DNA of 64,000 bases, taken from the IMG/VR virus record IMGVR_UViG_2875555210_000001. One strand, 5' to 3'. The DNA comes from a virus (Duplodnaviria; Caudoviricetes). Positions 20,024 to 29,068 of this stretch are shown here, piece after piece. Within the stretch, counting starts at the first letter, position 1. The number at the start of each line of letters is the position of its first letter. Both the position numbers and the translations under genes were made by a program. The notes below the pieces were generated by a model, which worked only from the letters and a program-made list of their open reading frames with translations, searched no databases and was not told the origin of the DNA.

Positions 20024-21265
20024 ATGACTGCCACCCTGACCAAGCTTTCACAGCGGACGCTGCGCACAGGCTGCCCCAAGTGCAAAAACGAGGGACCGTT
20101 CTACCTTGCTTCTGACGAGAACGGCGCAGAGCACTTGGTTATCAAGAATGCTTTGACCAAAGCTGCCGCACAGGGCGAAACCATTGCCGCACAGTTCCAG
20201 CACGTGTGCGTCGAAACGTTCGGCACTAACGAGGGCAACGGTGACGCTACCGGCGGTAGCACTACCGAGACCGGGCGCAACATTCTTACCGACACTCAGG
20301 GGAGCGTGCCGACGCAGGGGACCGCTACCGAGACTGTGCCCACGACTGGCGCTAACGGTGCCGACGCTGGCGAAATGGACGCGTTGCGCGAACTGCTGCT
20401 TAAGGTGCTCGGTAAGCAGCAGCTTGACGAGACCCAGATTGAGGCGATCATTTCGCGCAAGATGGAAGAGTTCGTTTACCCGACGCGGACGTATGTCCAG
20501 ACCGAGACCGAGACCCGCGAGATTGAGGGTGTCACTCATAAGCAGTTCGGCGACATTCTCGATGCCATCGCTAGCGGTGAAAACGTGCAGTTGGTCGGCG
20601 GCCCCGGTGTCGGTAAGACTCACGTGTGTGAGCAGGTGGCAGAAGCGCTTAGCCGTGAGTTCTACGTGGTCAACTTTCACTTGCAGAGCACGGCGTCGGA
20701 ACTCAAGGGCTACATGTCCGCTACGGGCGAGTACGTGCCCACGGCGGTTTACGATTGGGCGACTAACCCTGAGGGTGGCGTGCTGCTCTGCGATGAAGTG
20801 GACCGGGCGCACGCGGGTATCCTGGCTGGCCTCAACTCCATCCTGTCTAACCGTTTCCTTGCGCTCCCCAACCGTGAGATTGTCCGTCTCAATGACAACC
20901 ACGTGATTCTGGCCGCTACCAACACTTGGGGTATGGGTCCCACGTGGGAATACCCGGCAGCTCAGAAATTCAGCGCTGAGTTCATGGACCGGTTCATCGC
21001 AATGGAAATTGAGATTGATACCGATATCGAAATGGCAGCCGCTATGGCTAAGGGCGCTCCGGTTGACGTGACCAAGCGTGCAGTTGCCTACGTGCAGCGC
21101 GTTCGGGAGAACGTTAAGCGTGAGGCTGTGACCGGGGTGGTTATCTCGCCTCGTGCGTCTCAGAAGATGGCCGCGCTTCTGGCGCGTAACGTCGATTGGG
21201 ATAAGGCAGTCGCTTGGTCGCTGCGTAAGGGCATGGATGAAGCTACGTGGCGTAAGGTGGCCTAG
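20024..21265 (+). CDS. MoxR/CbbQ-type AAA+ ATPase with N-terminal CxxC region
   Basis: Walker A GGPGVGKT, Walker B LLCDEVD, sensor AATN, arginine finger MDRF, SPR; AAGGA RBS before ATG 20024. Confidence 0.9.
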   Translation: MTATLTKLSQRTLRTGCPKCKNEGPFYLASDENGAEHLVIKNALTKAAAQGETIAAQFQHVCVETFGTNEGNGDATGGSTTETGRNILTDTQGSVPTQGTATETVPTTGANGADAGEMDALRELLLKVLGKQQLDETQIEAIISRKMEEFVYPTRTYVQTETETREIEGVTHKQFGDILDAIASGENVQLVGGPGVGKTHVCEQVAEALSREFYVVNFHLQSTASELKGYMSATGEYVPTAVYDWATNPEGGVLLCDEVDRAHAGILAGLNSILSNRFLALPNREIVRLNDNHVILAATNTWGMGPTWEYPAAQKFSAEFMDRFIAMEIEIDTDIEMAAAMAKGAPVDVTKRAVAYVQRVRENVKREAVTGVVISPRASQKMAALLARNVDWDKAVAWSLRKGMDEATWRKVA

Positions 21266-21279
21266 CCACTAGCCCACAG

Positions 21280-21318
21280 GGGACCGGTTACCGCTCTGGT
21301 AGCCGGTCCCTTTGCTTT
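21280..21318 (+). terminator. Intrinsic terminator
   Basis: gggaccggttacc/ggtagccggtccc stem followed by tttgcttt. Confidence 0.7.
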
Positions 21319-21467
21319 GCGCCTAAGCACGCCTTAGCGCGTGCCAGCCAGCATGACGGAGCTGCTTGGTTCCGGCCCCTGGCCGCGTACGCGGTTGCGT
21401 CACCACGTACACGTGCTGTACCTTGACCCGTAGCAGGTCACCACGGCCCAAACGGGAGGATTGAAAA

Positions 21468-22316
21468 ATGCAGGTCACCAAACCGGGCAACATTATCCAA
21501 CACAGCTACGCCAGCCTTGCAGAGTTCGCCGAATACCAGCGCTCCCACAAGCACTACAACATGGGCAAGCGCAGCGCAGCGGCTAACCGTGAGTTCTCCG
21601 GCGTGGCCAGCATTAACGAGGCGTGCGACAAAGCACTAGCCGGACTGCCAGAAGATGGCGTTAAGGTTCTGGACACGTCACGGTCCCTTACCGATAGCGC
21701 CATGCGGCAAGTGTCCGCGTACGACATGGAAAGCACGTACGACGTAGCCGGTTCATACGTCGATATGGGACGGTTCGTTACCGGTGAACCTGAGTGCATG
21801 ATTCAAACCACGTTCGATGAAGTGCCCGTTACCCGTCCCGTCGTGACCATCGTTAGCAATATCAACGCGTCCGGCGGTATCGGCAAGGACGAACTACGGG
21901 ACCGTGGTCGGTTGATCGTGGCACTGATCAAGGCAGTTGAAACGTCGGGCCGGTCCACTGAGCTTTGGACGGACTCAACCAACCAAGCGCGTAAGGGCTA
22001 CGAGACGATTGACGAGTATTACCGGATCAGCGTCAAGATCAAGGCTGCCAGCCAGCCGCTAGACATGGGCGCTGTGATGTACGCGTTTACAGACCCGTCC
22101 ATGCTGCGTGTTCTCAAGTTCAACGCCATGCACGCGCTACCCGCGTCGGAGCAACGTAAGTACAACGTCGGTAGCGGCTACGGGTACGTGGTTAAGGAAT
22201 CTGTGTGCGTCCCTGAGACCTACGGTGACGGGGCGGTTTACTTGCCAGCCGTGCGCTTGGGCGACAACGCAGAAGAGACCGTTAAGCAGGTTCTACGGGA
22301 CTTAGGTATCGGCTAG
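21468..22316 (+). CDS. vWA-like partner of MoxR ATPase (paralogue 1)
   Basis: YDVAGSYVDMGRFVTGEPECM, NINASGG and GSGYG motifs; follows AAA+ gene. Confidence 0.7.
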   Translation: MQVTKPGNIIQHSYASLAEFAEYQRSHKHYNMGKRSAAANREFSGVASINEACDKALAGLPEDGVKVLDTSRSLTDSAMRQVSAYDMESTYDVAGSYVDMGRFVTGEPECMIQTTFDEVPVTRPVVTIVSNINASGGIGKDELRDRGRLIVALIKAVETSGRSTELWTDSTNQARKGYETIDEYYRISVKIKAASQPLDMGAVMYAFTDPSMLRVLKFNAMHALPASEQRKYNVGSGYGYVVKESVCVPETYGDGAVYLPAVRLGDNAEETVKQVLRDLGIG

Positions 22317-22332
22317 CCGGTACCGGTCCACT

Positions 22333-22367
22333 AAGCGCCAGGGGAGCAAGTGCCCTGGCGCTTTTTT
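22333..22367 (+). terminator. Intrinsic terminator
   Basis: aagcgccaggg/ccctggcgctt stem plus T run. Confidence 0.8.
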
Positions 22368-22945
22368 CGTGCCCTGGCTGGCGCGTCCCCTAAGCGCCCC
22401 TAGCGCGTTCTAGGGCACCCGTTACCCTAACCGGCCCCTAAAAGTCTGCCAGCGTTGAATCTAGCGGCCATTCTGGCGCGCTCCCGGCTGGCTTAGTTAT
22501 TCCCCGGCGCGGTACCCGTCCCCCGGCTGGCGCTGGCACGCTCCCCCGGTCCGTCGCCCTGGCCGCGTACCCGGCTGGCTTATCCGGTCCCCTGGCCGCT
22601 GGCGCTAAGCAACCTAAGCGCGCTTAGCCGTAAGGCACGTTCACCAGAGCTGGCACAAGTCGGACTAGCGGTTACCGCTAACTAGTTCGCAAGCCTAAGG
22701 GTTTGGCCGAAAAAAGTTTCGTTTGCCTAAGTAAATGGGCCGAACGGGTGTTCGATCGCTTAGCGGGCAAATCGCTCATCCGTTCGAGGCTGCTGCTCGG
22801 TTCCCACCCGGCCTAACCCCTGCTGCGTACCCGCTGACCAGGGCCGACCTAAGCCTAAGGCCGCCCCAGCCGTGGGGGCTGCTCGGTTCTCCACCGCCCC
22901 CGCCCGCCTGACCAGGCCAAACGCCCAGCCGGGGCCGGGGGGAAG

Positions 22946-22998
22946 AATTGGCATAATTGCAAAATTGGAAAATTGCGGAATTGAGAAAATTGGAAAAT
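22946..22998 (+). repeat. AT-rich tandem AATTG array
   Basis: Six AATTG units at about 8-9 nt spacing in an otherwise GC-rich genome. Confidence 0.75.
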
Positions 22999-23480
22999 CA
23001 GCGCTTCGCGCGATCCACCCAGTACGCAGTCAACATTGCCGCATTCACAGCCGCCAACGCGGGAGCACTACCCGCCTGCGTCACCGTGGACGACACAGCC
23101 ATAGCCGTCTTGATAAACCGCACCAGAGACCAGTACGCACCACGTGAGTACGCCTGAGCCGCACCGCGCCCGTACTTGCGCTCATACGCGATCACAGCCG
23201 CCTTATGTGCCGCGAGCAACTTAGCCGCATCCGCTGGCTTAATGACCTTGCTCTCATCGCGCCCAATGCGCGGTATCCGCTTGCCCTCAGCGTTAGCGCC
23301 GTTCACAAAGTGTTCCTTGTCGGACCCCGTAAGGCCCAGAGCATCAGCCGCCGCGTTCGGGTCACTGTGCTTCTCGGCAGAAGCATCCACAGCAGGCCGC
23401 TTATCGACAGTTAGATCACTGTCACCGCCCTTACTGCCACCCTTACCACCGCCGGTACCGCCGCCACCGCGACCACCCAT
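22998..23480 (-). CDS. Hypothetical protein with MGGRG Gly-rich N-terminus
   Basis: AAGGGGG RBS before ATG 23480; MGGRGGGGTGGGKGG. Confidence 0.7.
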   Translation of the reverse strand: MGGRGGGGTGGGKGGSKGGDSDLTVDKRPAVDASAEKHSDPNAAADALGLTGSDKEHFVNGANAEGKRIPRIGRDESKVIKPADAAKLLAAHKAAVIAYERKYGRGAAQAYSRGAYWSLVRFIKTAMAVSSTVTQAGSAPALAAVNAAMLTAYWVDRAKR

Positions 23481-23504
23481 GCTTAACCCCCTTAGTAAGA
23501 ACAT

Positions 23505-23539
23505 TTGACACTCGGTACAGGGCATGTATTGTGAGGTCC
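23505..23539 (+). promoter_or_regulatory. SigA-like promoter TTGACA-N16-TATTGT, probably leaderless transcript
   Basis: ATG 7 nt after -10; carries GTAC-N7-GTAT. Confidence 0.65.
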
Positions 23540-23755
23540 ATGAGCAACAGCCGAGTGAAGTGGGTCAGCCCCACCGGATTCACTGTCATGTACGAACACG
23601 AGGACGGCAGCGTGAGCTACGACTTCCCGACCGAGCGTCACCCGCAGCTCCCCCGCGAGGACACGTCCAACAAGGGCAAGTTCGGCCTCAAGGGCGCGGT
23701 CCAGGCCGTGATGGCTGACGAGGACGCCGCCGACGCACTAGCGATGGCGAGCTGA
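23540..23755 (+). CDS. Hypothetical protein
   Basis: MSNSRVKW...; directly after promoter. Confidence 0.7.
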   Translation: MSNSRVKWVSPTGFTVMYEHEDGSVSYDFPTERHPQLPREDTSNKGKFGLKGAVQAVMADEDAADALAMAS

Positions 23756-23756
23756 C

Positions 23757-24035
23757 ATGCCCACACAGACCCGACACACCTACGACATAGGCGACCTGGT
23801 ACGCGAGCGTGCCACCGCTAAGGACTGGGAACTGATCTTTGACAACGGCAAGGTCGTTGTCTACGAGAAGCCCGGCAGATACGGCGGCATGTTCGAGCTG
23901 GAAGTCCGATTCGACCGCGATGGCCGCATCGAGTGGGCAGAGAAACGTAAGGACGGCGAGTGGACCAGCCGTATGCACGTAATGGACGACTTCGGCACCA
24001 CTGACGTGCAGATCGAAACTCTGCGACTGTTCTAA
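23757..24035 (+). CDS. Hypothetical protein
   Basis: 92 aa; tight operon spacing. Confidence 0.7.
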   Translation: MPTQTRHTYDIGDLVRERATAKDWELIFDNGKVVVYEKPGRYGGMFELEVRFDRDGRIEWAEKRKDGEWTSRMHVMDDFGTTDVQIETLRLF

Positions 24036-24047
24036 GGACACGTAAAC

Positions 24048-24311
24048 ATGAGCGCATTCACAAAATGGATTGACACGTTCCTAGACGAGAAGGACGTGAA
24101 CCTTGACCACACGTTCGTCATCGAAACACCCGGCCACCAGTGGGAATCGCACCTGATCCCCGTAGCCGTCGTGGTAGAGGTAGCCAAGAGCGTGTCCGCG
24201 TCCGAGCAGCTACAGATCAAGAACACGCTGGTCAGGCTCGACGCGTGCAACCAGCCGGTGCTCCCCTACTTCGAGCACCTAGCTAAAGCTCTCGCAGAAG
24301 CCGTGGACTAG
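24048..24311 (+). CDS. Hypothetical protein
   Basis: 87 aa; AAGGA RBS. Confidence 0.75.
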   Translation: MSAFTKWIDTFLDEKDVNLDHTFVIETPGHQWESHLIPVAVVVEVAKSVSASEQLQIKNTLVRLDACNQPVLPYFEHLAKALAEAVD

Positions 24312-24398
24312 CGTCTACCGGTGTAACTTGGTGGGCGGGTCTGGTTATCACATAACCGGGTCCGCCCACACGCATTTCAAGCTAAGGAATGAATAAGG

Positions 24399-24593
24399 GT
24401 GCCTAGCTTTCTCCCAGACATACCCGACAGCGCCGCAGCACTCATGCTCCGACAGGAACGACAACGCTTGACGCAAGAGCGCATTCGCCTAGTGCGCGAG
24501 ATTGAGCACAACCAGCACCGCATCGACGCAATCGACGCGCGTCTAAGGGAGGTTAACGATGGAGAGCGTGTACTCTCCGAGCATGGTTTCTGA
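24399..24593 (+). CDS. Small coiled-coil hypothetical protein
   Basis: 64 aa; operonic. Confidence 0.55.
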   Translation: MPSFLPDIPDSAAALMLRQERQRLTQERIRLVREIEHNQHRIDAIDARLREVNDGERVLSEHGF

Positions 24594-24792
24594 CGCCACA
24601 CTAATTGCCATCGCTGCCCGCACCGAGGCGATAGTTGCTGAGACCGTGGCACTTTACGACGCCATACGGGACGCTAAAGAAACGGGCTATTCATATAACG
24701 AGCTAGAAGCGGCGACTAAGTTTACGCGTGGCACATTGCAAAACATTGCAGCAGGTAAAAACCCGCGACTTTCAGTAGAAGATCGGTGTTGA
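24559..24792 (+). CDS. Helix-turn-helix DNA-binding protein
   Basis: GYSYNELEAATKFTRGTLQNI HTH pattern. Confidence 0.7.
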   Translation: MESVYSPSMVSDATLIAIAARTEAIVAETVALYDAIRDAKETGYSYNELEAATKFTRGTLQNIAAGKNPRLSVEDRC

Positions 24793-24824
24793 CACAGCCG
24801 TACTAGCCGTGTACCGTGAGTGAC
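24789..24824 (+). promoter_or_regulatory. SigA-like promoter TTGACA-N17-TACCGT with GTAC-N7-GTAC
   Basis: ATG 24825 lies 7 nt after -10. Confidence 0.7.
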
Positions 24825-25199
24825 ATGAGCAACGACAGCAGCCCACGCGCCCTGGTCCTCCATCCCCACGGAGCGCATTGGTTCATGGAAGCGCCACACG
24901 CCCATGAGCTGACAGCCATGCAGAACGCAGTGGGCGGCAACATCGAAGCCGTGTACGGGTGGAGTAGCCCCGACGCGGAAGTGTTCGACGTGACGTTCTT
25001 TTGCCACGACGAAGGTAGAATCTTGAATCAGCCGGTGAACTGGCAGGCAACGACGCTGTGGTGGCGCACGAACCCTGCTATGCCCGGCGTCGACCACCTG
25101 CGCGGAGTGGTTGTGGTGACCGGTGGCGCAGACGAGGACGGGAACACCCTGCCCGTCCCCGATACGGTGGTCGAAATGTTGGAGCGGGCGGGGGAGTAA
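24825..25199 (+). CDS. DUF3846-like protein
   Basis: MQNAVGGNIEAV...HDEGR...PVN..AT...LRGVVVVTG motif. Confidence 0.75.
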   Translation: MSNDSSPRALVLHPHGAHWFMEAPHAHELTAMQNAVGGNIEAVYGWSSPDAEVFDVTFFCHDEGRILNQPVNWQATTLWWRTNPAMPGVDHLRGVVVVTGGADEDGNTLPVPDTVVEMLERAGE

Positions 25200-25295
25200 T
25201 CCCCCGCCCGTCTCCCATTCATCAAACTTCTCTGTCTTTAGCCTCTTTCGCTAAAGCATCCTAAATTTACTAAACCTCAAAGGGGTGGCTTAATC

Positions 25296-26147
25296 ATGCG
25301 TATGCAACGTTACGAGGACAAGGAACGTAGCCTCAAGCGGAGCGTTATCACGTTCGATTCGTTCGATGAGCTGCTAACCCATAACCGCGAAGGTACAGAC
25401 CACCGGTCTAAGCACATGGACGACCCGTCGTTCTACGGCGTTAAGGACATGAAGGAAGCTGACCAGCTCGGCCAGAAGGGTTTGCCCAAAGCTGGTATCG
25501 AGGCGATCAACATTGCAGAGCACAAAGTGGCCCTGCTAGCGGGCGATCTGTACCGGCCCGCGTACAACGAGTACCACGACACTGCCGGGGCATTCGTGGA
25601 CATGGGGCGCTACATGGAAGGTGAGCCGGAGTGCATGGTCGACTTCACGCCGACCGAGGAACCCGGCCAGAATAAGATTGTCGCGCTCATCCTTAACATC
25701 ACCTACAACTGGGCGATTAGCGCTAAGGCGATTAAGGAGAACGGCCAGGCAATGTTTGCTCTGGTTGAAGCTATCGAAACCGCTGGGATGCAGGCCGAAA
25801 TCTGGGTCGACATGTACGTGCGTGGTTTCGGTAGCGAATACCGTGCCCGTACCGCTGTGCGGCTTAAGAAAGCGGGTGAGGCATTCGACGTGTCCATGTT
25901 CATGTACGCGCTGACCCACAACTCATTCCTTCGCGCTCACCTGTTCAACGCGATGCACTCCCACGATTCCGACGTGCGCGATGCCTGCGGTATCCACCCG
26001 TCCGGCGGGTACGGCTCGTGCATCAACAACGCACAGGACATGGAGGACTTTCCTCCGTACTCGATTTACATTCCTTGCATTTCCAGCGACTCGCAGGCCG
26101 GTAAGTTCGTACCTGCCGTGCTGCGCCAGCTCGGCCTCATGAAGTAG
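25296..26147 (+). CDS. vWA-like MoxR partner (paralogue 2)
   Basis: DTAGAFVDMGRYMEGEPECM and GGYG; alignable by eye with 21468-22316. Confidence 0.75.
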   Translation: MRMQRYEDKERSLKRSVITFDSFDELLTHNREGTDHRSKHMDDPSFYGVKDMKEADQLGQKGLPKAGIEAINIAEHKVALLAGDLYRPAYNEYHDTAGAFVDMGRYMEGEPECMVDFTPTEEPGQNKIVALILNITYNWAISAKAIKENGQAMFALVEAIETAGMQAEIWVDMYVRGFGSEYRARTAVRLKKAGEAFDVSMFMYALTHNSFLRAHLFNAMHSHDSDVRDACGIHPSGGYGSCINNAQDMEDFPPYSIYIPCISSDSQAGKFVPAVLRQLGLMK

Positions 26148-26175
26148 AAATGTCACAGTGACGGAAGGTGTCGCA

Positions 26176-26421
26176 ATGCCTGAGTGTGTAGATCACAACC
26201 ACGTTGACGAACTGGGAGCCTGCGAGGGTGCAGTGAGCCTCTACGCGTCCCTCTCCGGATCGGGAGAGTCGTACCCGCGCTGTGAGCGCCACTACCGGCT
26301 GTACGTCGAACGTCTGCAACCGCAGATTGACGCTATCCGCCGGAACTACCCCGACACCGACCAGCCGCCAAGCTGGTTTGACCCGACCTATGCCGGAGAA
26401 CGCTGGAATGAAGATGATTAA
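26176..26421 (+). CDS. Hypothetical Cys/His-containing protein
   Basis: CEGAV...YPRCERH...PSWFDPTYAGERWNED. Confidence 0.7.
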   Translation: MPECVDHNHVDELGACEGAVSLYASLSGSGESYPRCERHYRLYVERLQPQIDAIRRNYPDTDQPPSWFDPTYAGERWNEDD

Positions 26422-26565
26422 CAAGTGGCGTCCGCGCCTCGTTAAGGCGACCTTGGGGCAGTTCTTTACCGCCATGTCCCAAGCGTCTAACACTCAGTCA
26501 GACGAGAAGCTGTTTATGGTGACAATGGGGCCGTTTATGTTCGTAGGCCCCGGCGAGAGGCGTGC

Positions 26566-27135
26566 ATGGAAATGAGCGACGACAACGTTGACATTCGCAT
26601 TGAACTGCCGCTGCCTATCGACATTACCGGCACGCTCATAAACGTTATCGGGCTAACCTGGCCGCACGCCGTCATCAAGGACGACGGCAACGATAAAGGC
26701 TGGCGTTCCGATAACCGGCTAGTCCTCAGCATTCCACCGGAGGACCGGCATAAGAGCGCTAAGAAGGCCGAGAAGTACGCCAAGGTCAAGGCACACCTGA
26801 AAGCCGAAACCGACGCGATGATTAGCGAGCTGGACCCCAACGCATTCAGCTTGGGCCTGCCAGCTTGGCTAGCCGATCAGTTCGTGGCAATCGCTAAGGT
26901 CTGGCACGCCCAGTACCCCGAGGGCACCAACTACCTGGAATCCACGCTGCGCGAGAAGGACACTAACCAAGAGTGGGTGTTCTACGTCGCCAAGGCTAAG
27001 GACCGGACCCCACACGCGCTCCGTCAGGTCGCAGAGAATAAGCTAGAGAAACTTAAAGCGTTAGCGCTTGACGCTAAGGCAGAGAATGAGCGGCTTACCC
27101 CCGACGAAATTCTCGCCATTATAGGTGTTGACTAG
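26566..27135 (+). CDS. Hypothetical protein
   Basis: 189 aa; GAGG RBS. Confidence 0.7.
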   Translation: MEMSDDNVDIRIELPLPIDITGTLINVIGLTWPHAVIKDDGNDKGWRSDNRLVLSIPPEDRHKSAKKAEKYAKVKAHLKAETDAMISELDPNAFSLGLPAWLADQFVAIAKVWHAQYPEGTNYLESTLREKDTNQEWVFYVAKAKDRTPHALRQVAENKLEKLKALALDAKAENERLTPDEILAIIGVD

Positions 27136-27162
27136 TCAGTATACGGCCTGTACGGTAAACGC
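27128..27162 (+). promoter_or_regulatory. SigA-like promoter TTGACT-N17-TACGGT with GTAT-N7-GTAC
   Basis: ATG 27163 lies 6 nt after -10. Confidence 0.65.
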
Positions 27163-27597
27163 ATGAGCGATATCAACCGGCCCGCACCGAACCCCTGCGC
27201 CTCATGCCCATACCGGCGCGACGTGCCAAGCGGCATCTGGGCCGAACAGGAATACGTCAAGCTCCCCCAGTACGACGCTGACATGCCTTACCAGCCGACC
27301 GGACTGTTCCAGTGCCACCAGAACGAACGGAACGACCCGCACGCCCGGCTCTGCGCCGGTTGGGTCGGAACCCACGGCCCCGACAACCTGCTAGCACTGC
27401 GCCTGGCATCCGCGTTCGGGTCCATGTCGCACGAGGAGCTGGACGCGACATTCGACTACAGCAGCCCCGTCCCACTCTTCGCCAGCGGGCACGAAGCCGC
27501 AGAGCACGGCGTGCGTGATATCGACGCGCCTGACGAGGACGCAGAGCGAGCAATCGCCAAGATCGCTAAGCGCCGCAACGACGTAAGGATGAGCTAA
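27163..27597 (+). CDS. DUF6283-like Cys-rich protein
   Basis: PCASCPYRRD...FQCH...LCAGW motif. Confidence 0.7.
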   Translation: MSDINRPAPNPCASCPYRRDVPSGIWAEQEYVKLPQYDADMPYQPTGLFQCHQNERNDPHARLCAGWVGTHGPDNLLALRLASAFGSMSHEELDATFDYSSPVPLFASGHEAAEHGVRDIDAPDEDAERAIAKIAKRRNDVRMS

Positions 27598-27599
27598 CT

Positions 27600-27932
27600 A
27601 TGGCACCGATCTATGATCGACTCAATTCAGTCGCGCTATCTCTGCATTTCGGATGCGACGAAGAAAGCACCGCAGCGAAGAATCAGCAGGACATCGCCGA
27701 AATGGCATACGACGTGATCAGAGACTTATGGGGTTACGACGTAAGCGACGAACACGCCTTCATAAAGGCAATAATGGACACGTTCGACATGTATGGATAC
27801 CCCGACCTTGAGTCACTTAAGGGTATATCTGAAATGTCGGCGCTGGACATGGCCGATTACATCTTGCAACTGCTACCCACCGATGCGCTCACGCCGAAGC
27901 GGTCTGATACACTATGCGCCGCGCCCCTATAG
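27600..27932 (+). CDS. Hypothetical protein
   Basis: 110 aa; stop overlaps the tRNA-Lys 5' end. Confidence 0.6.
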   Translation: MAPIYDRLNSVALSLHFGCDEESTAAKNQQDIAEMAYDVIRDLWGYDVSDEHAFIKAIMDTFDMYGYPDLESLKGISEMSALDMADYILQLLPTDALTPKRSDTLCAAPL

Positions 27933-27995
27933 CTCAGTTGGTAGAGCAGGAGACTTTTAATCTTCGGGTCCTAGGTTCGATCCCTAGTGGGGGCA
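27923..27995 (+). tRNA. tRNA-Lys(TTT)
   Basis: GCCCCTA/TGGGGGC acceptor; anticodon loop CTTTTAA; GGTTCGATCC T arm. Confidence 0.92.
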
Positions 27996-27998
27996 CCC

Positions 27999-28190
27999 AT
28001 GCAGCGCCCTAGAGGCCAATTCCTCATTACCCTCGTCGTCACAACAGACCTGGACGAGTGGATAGAGGACTTTAAGCTAGTCGGCCCCTTATCCGCTAAG
28101 GCATTCATACGCGGACTCGCCGCCGAAGCGGTACAGCACGAAATCGAGAAGCACGGCTACAAGGCCACTATCGAACTTAAGCGGCCATAA
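27999..28190 (+). CDS. Hypothetical protein
   Basis: MQRPRGQFLITL..., 63 aa. Confidence 0.5.
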   Translation: MQRPRGQFLITLVVTTDLDEWIEDFKLVGPLSAKAFIRGLAAEAVQHEIEKHGYKATIELKRP

Positions 28191-28192
28191 AG

Positions 28193-28265
28193 CTCCAACG
28201 GGTGGACTCGAACCACCAACCACGCGATTAACAGTCGCGCGCTCTGCCAATTGAGCTACGGAGGA
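28193..28265 (-). tRNA. tRNA-Asn(GTT), two acceptor-stem mismatches
   Basis: CGCGA-CTGTTAA-TCGCG anticodon arm; canonical D and T arms. Confidence 0.88.
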
Positions 28266-28634
28266 ATAAACATGTGGACCGTCTGGATGAAAGACGCCAT
28301 AGACGACGACCGGATCGTGCTAAGCGACATAAGTCACTACCACGCGGACCGGCTCATGCACAACCTGTTGGGCATCATGCCTGACGCCAATGTATGGATG
28401 GAGGAAGAATGAGCAGCAACCACGACCACGACGACATCGAACCCGGCTGGGCTGGCCTAGGCCGTTTCCTGTGGCCCGTAGGCGTCTACTTCAAGCTCAA
28501 GGGCTGGCTCATGAGCAAGGGCATCATCAAGCCCAACAACTGGGACGATGGCCGCTAACTCATGGTGTCTTGCGATATGCCCTGCCTGCTTACGCACTTA
28601 CCTAGTGCTGCCGGTAGGGCATACCTGCGAAACG

Positions 28635-28706
28635 AGCCGCCACCCAGAATCGAACTGGGATAAGTCGGATTTGCAGTCCGACGCCTAACCACTCAGCCAT
28701 GACGGC
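28635..28706 (-). tRNA. tRNA-Cys(GCA)
   Basis: GCCGTCA/TGGCGGC acceptor, U73, loop CTGCAAA. Confidence 0.9.
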
Positions 28707-28707
28707 A

Positions 28708-29058
28708 CTACCGCTTCTTCCGGCGCTTACCCTCATAGTGCCGGAAGTTTGCGTTACTAAGCTCCTCCACCCTCACCCGAACATGACCCGACCACGGATC
28801 ACGCTCAACCGCAGACTTCGGAACCTCCACAGCCACAACATTCTGGCCGTAACCCTCCTGGCCCTTAGCCGTCTTACTAAAGAACCCATACTGCGAGTTC
28901 TCATCCCGATAAGACTTATCCATGCCAGGCCGGAACTGAGGACGAAACCCACCATCCACAATCGCGCGAGCCGCATCCGCAGAAGTCCGGTGATACAACG
29001 TCACCGTGGACGACCTGGCGCTCACCGGGCCACCGCCACCACCACCGCGACCGCCCAT
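28708..29058 (-). CDS. MGGRG-leader protein with putative ADP-ribosyltransferase-like fold
   Basis: AGGGGG RBS; TLYHRTS...AIVDGGF...GFFS...YG..VVAVEV resembles ART strand motifs. Confidence 0.6.
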   Translation of the reverse strand: MGGRGGGGGGPVSARSSTVTLYHRTSADAARAIVDGGFRPQFRPGMDKSYRDENSQYGFFSKTAKGQEGYGQNVVAVEVPKSAVERDPWSGHVRVRVEELSNANFRHYEGKRRKKR

Positions 29059-29068
29059 GTGGCACCCC

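Noticed and set aside
27923-27995. tRNA-Lys(TTT) as an attachment site or prophage boundary
   Set aside because: Phage-type genes lie on both sides, no duplicated 3' tRNA segment was seen, and the integrase is 35 kb away.
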